Shown here: piece after piece, positions 62,567-64,000 of the stretch
Numbering within the stretch: the stretch's first letter is position 1
Layout of the letters: every line of letters starts with the position of its first letter
From: Eledone cirrhosa
Taxonomy: Eukaryota
Assembly (NCBI GenBank): GCA_964016885.1
Contig: OZ024753.1
Location: 29,822,001-29,886,000, forward strand
DNA length: 64,000 bases
Direction of reading: 5' to 3'
Position numbers and translations under genes: made by a program
Notes under the pieces: generated by a model
What the model was told of the DNA's origin: nothing
The model's database searches: none
What the model saw: only the letters and a program-made list of their open reading frames with translations

Positions 62567-62789
62567 TTAACCCTTTAGCATTGAAACTGGCTGTATCCGG
62601 CCAGAATTCTCTCTCTCTTTCTGTTCAAACTGGCCATTCGTAACCAGCCATACTAACGTTAAGGCATTGTTCTCAAAATAAATGATATCAAAATCTCACA
62701 GATTCGATACTATGTGAGATATAATGTGAGGTAAAGCCGTTACTGTGGAATTACAATAGTAAATATAGAGTAATGTAAATGCTAAAGAG
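62567..62789 (+). mobile_element. TTAA MITE family 1
   Basis: Left TIR intact, right TIR nearly intact. Confidence 0.85.
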
Positions 62790-63144
62790 TCTGCATCTTA
62801 TTTTGGTGTATTTTGTTGTTTTCTAGATTTTATGTTTTAGAAAATTTGAAACATTGACCTTGATAAATCTACACATATCTTCTTAACACCTCTCTTCTCT
62901 TTTATATTCATGTCAAGTTATGCATGCAATCTTTCATGGTAAAATAGGTTAGACACAACACTAACACATTTTTTCCTAGTTATAATTTTACTTCTGCTAA
63001 TACTCTTGTGTAACTATTATAACTCAAGAATAAAAACATAGTCAATTGAAATATCAAGGGTAAAATATAAATTTAATTTAACTAAAAGTGATTAAACTTG
63101 AGTTTCGAGGTAGTTTTTGAAAGCATTGTGTTGGTATAATAAAT

Positions 63145-63345
63145 TTAATCCTTTAGTATTTACATTACCATGAAAATATAATAGTAAATATAGAGTAAAG
63201 TCTTTACCTCACATAATATGGAATCTATGAGATTTTGATAACAATTCCTTAACATCAGAATAAGTGGCTGGTTACAGCTGGTTTGAACAGAAAGAGGTGA
63301 GAGAATTCTGGCCAGATACAGCCAGTTTAAATGCTAAAGAGTTAA
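63145..63345 (-). mobile_element. TTAA MITE family 1
   Basis: TIRs and internal consensus. Confidence 0.82.
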
Positions 63346-64000
63346 ATGATTCGAAGGACAAACAACGTGTATAAAATTAAGCCACAACCAATCAAGACTG
63401 ATCTCACAAAATGTGTTAATTATATCGATTGCTGTTACTAGGCACTTACAAAAATCCTTTCCTAGAAAATATAATCAATTTTTGGCCTCATTTAGAAGAA
63501 GAAAATGAAGGGCCTTTAACTCCTGATGGAACCATAGGGTTACTATCCTAACACAGCATGTCTTGAGTAAGTTAAACTTGGTAGAGTCCATCCCTCTCTG
63601 TCAAAGAACAGCTGATTTCTTTGAGTGAGAGCATCAATGACCAACAGTCTCCCTAGTGCTAGTAGTGGTTGGTGCTTCCAGCAGTAGAAACCATGCCAAA
63701 AATATTGGTTTAACAGGACCCTTCAGTCATGACACAACAACCTCCATAGTGCTGGTGCAACAATAAAATGTACCCAGTACACACTGTATGATGGTTGGTG
63801 ACAGAAAGGGCATCCAGCCATAGAAAAATTGGTTGAAAAGGTTTTTCAATTGGCGTTGGGGCCATGATAAAATAAATGCACAGCACACTTTGTTGAGTGC
63901 AGGAACATATATGTAAGCAAGATGAGGTCCCAGCCCATTTTAGAGATCAGTGGATAACTTGGTCTGTGATGACCTGTGCAACCCATGTTAACAGAGAAAA

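Overview
AT-rich, microsatellite-dense animal genomic DNA. The repeat complement (CORE-type tRNA-SINEs, RTE LINEs with (TGA)n tails, (TA)n/(ATT)n tracts) suggests a cephalopod, probably Octopus-like; this is an inference. Two host genes appear to diverge from a shared promoter region at about 14.75-15.45 kb carrying two perfect CRE sites. One is a PNRC-family decapping/nuclear-receptor coactivator ORF without coding introns (12949-13953, minus). The other is a plus-strand gene of unknown identity, of which only one coding exon is recognisable (18510-18956); I found no convincing next exon in the remaining 45 kb. The rest is transposon material: RTE and CR1/L2-like LINE fragments, three CORE-SINE variants, an (ATT)n-tailed SINE in tandem clusters, about 15 copies of a TTAA/CCCTTT MITE, decayed Tc1/mariner and hAT transposases, and Penelope-like ends with hammerhead motifs. 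The most unusual signal is a set of palindromes at 19.7-22.1 kb centred on the stem II of an apparent hammerhead ribozyme that lacks its CUGANGA box, which suggests snap-back cDNA synthesis. Nearly all other ORFs in the track are microsatellite or repeat artefacts. All alignments and translations were done by eye.
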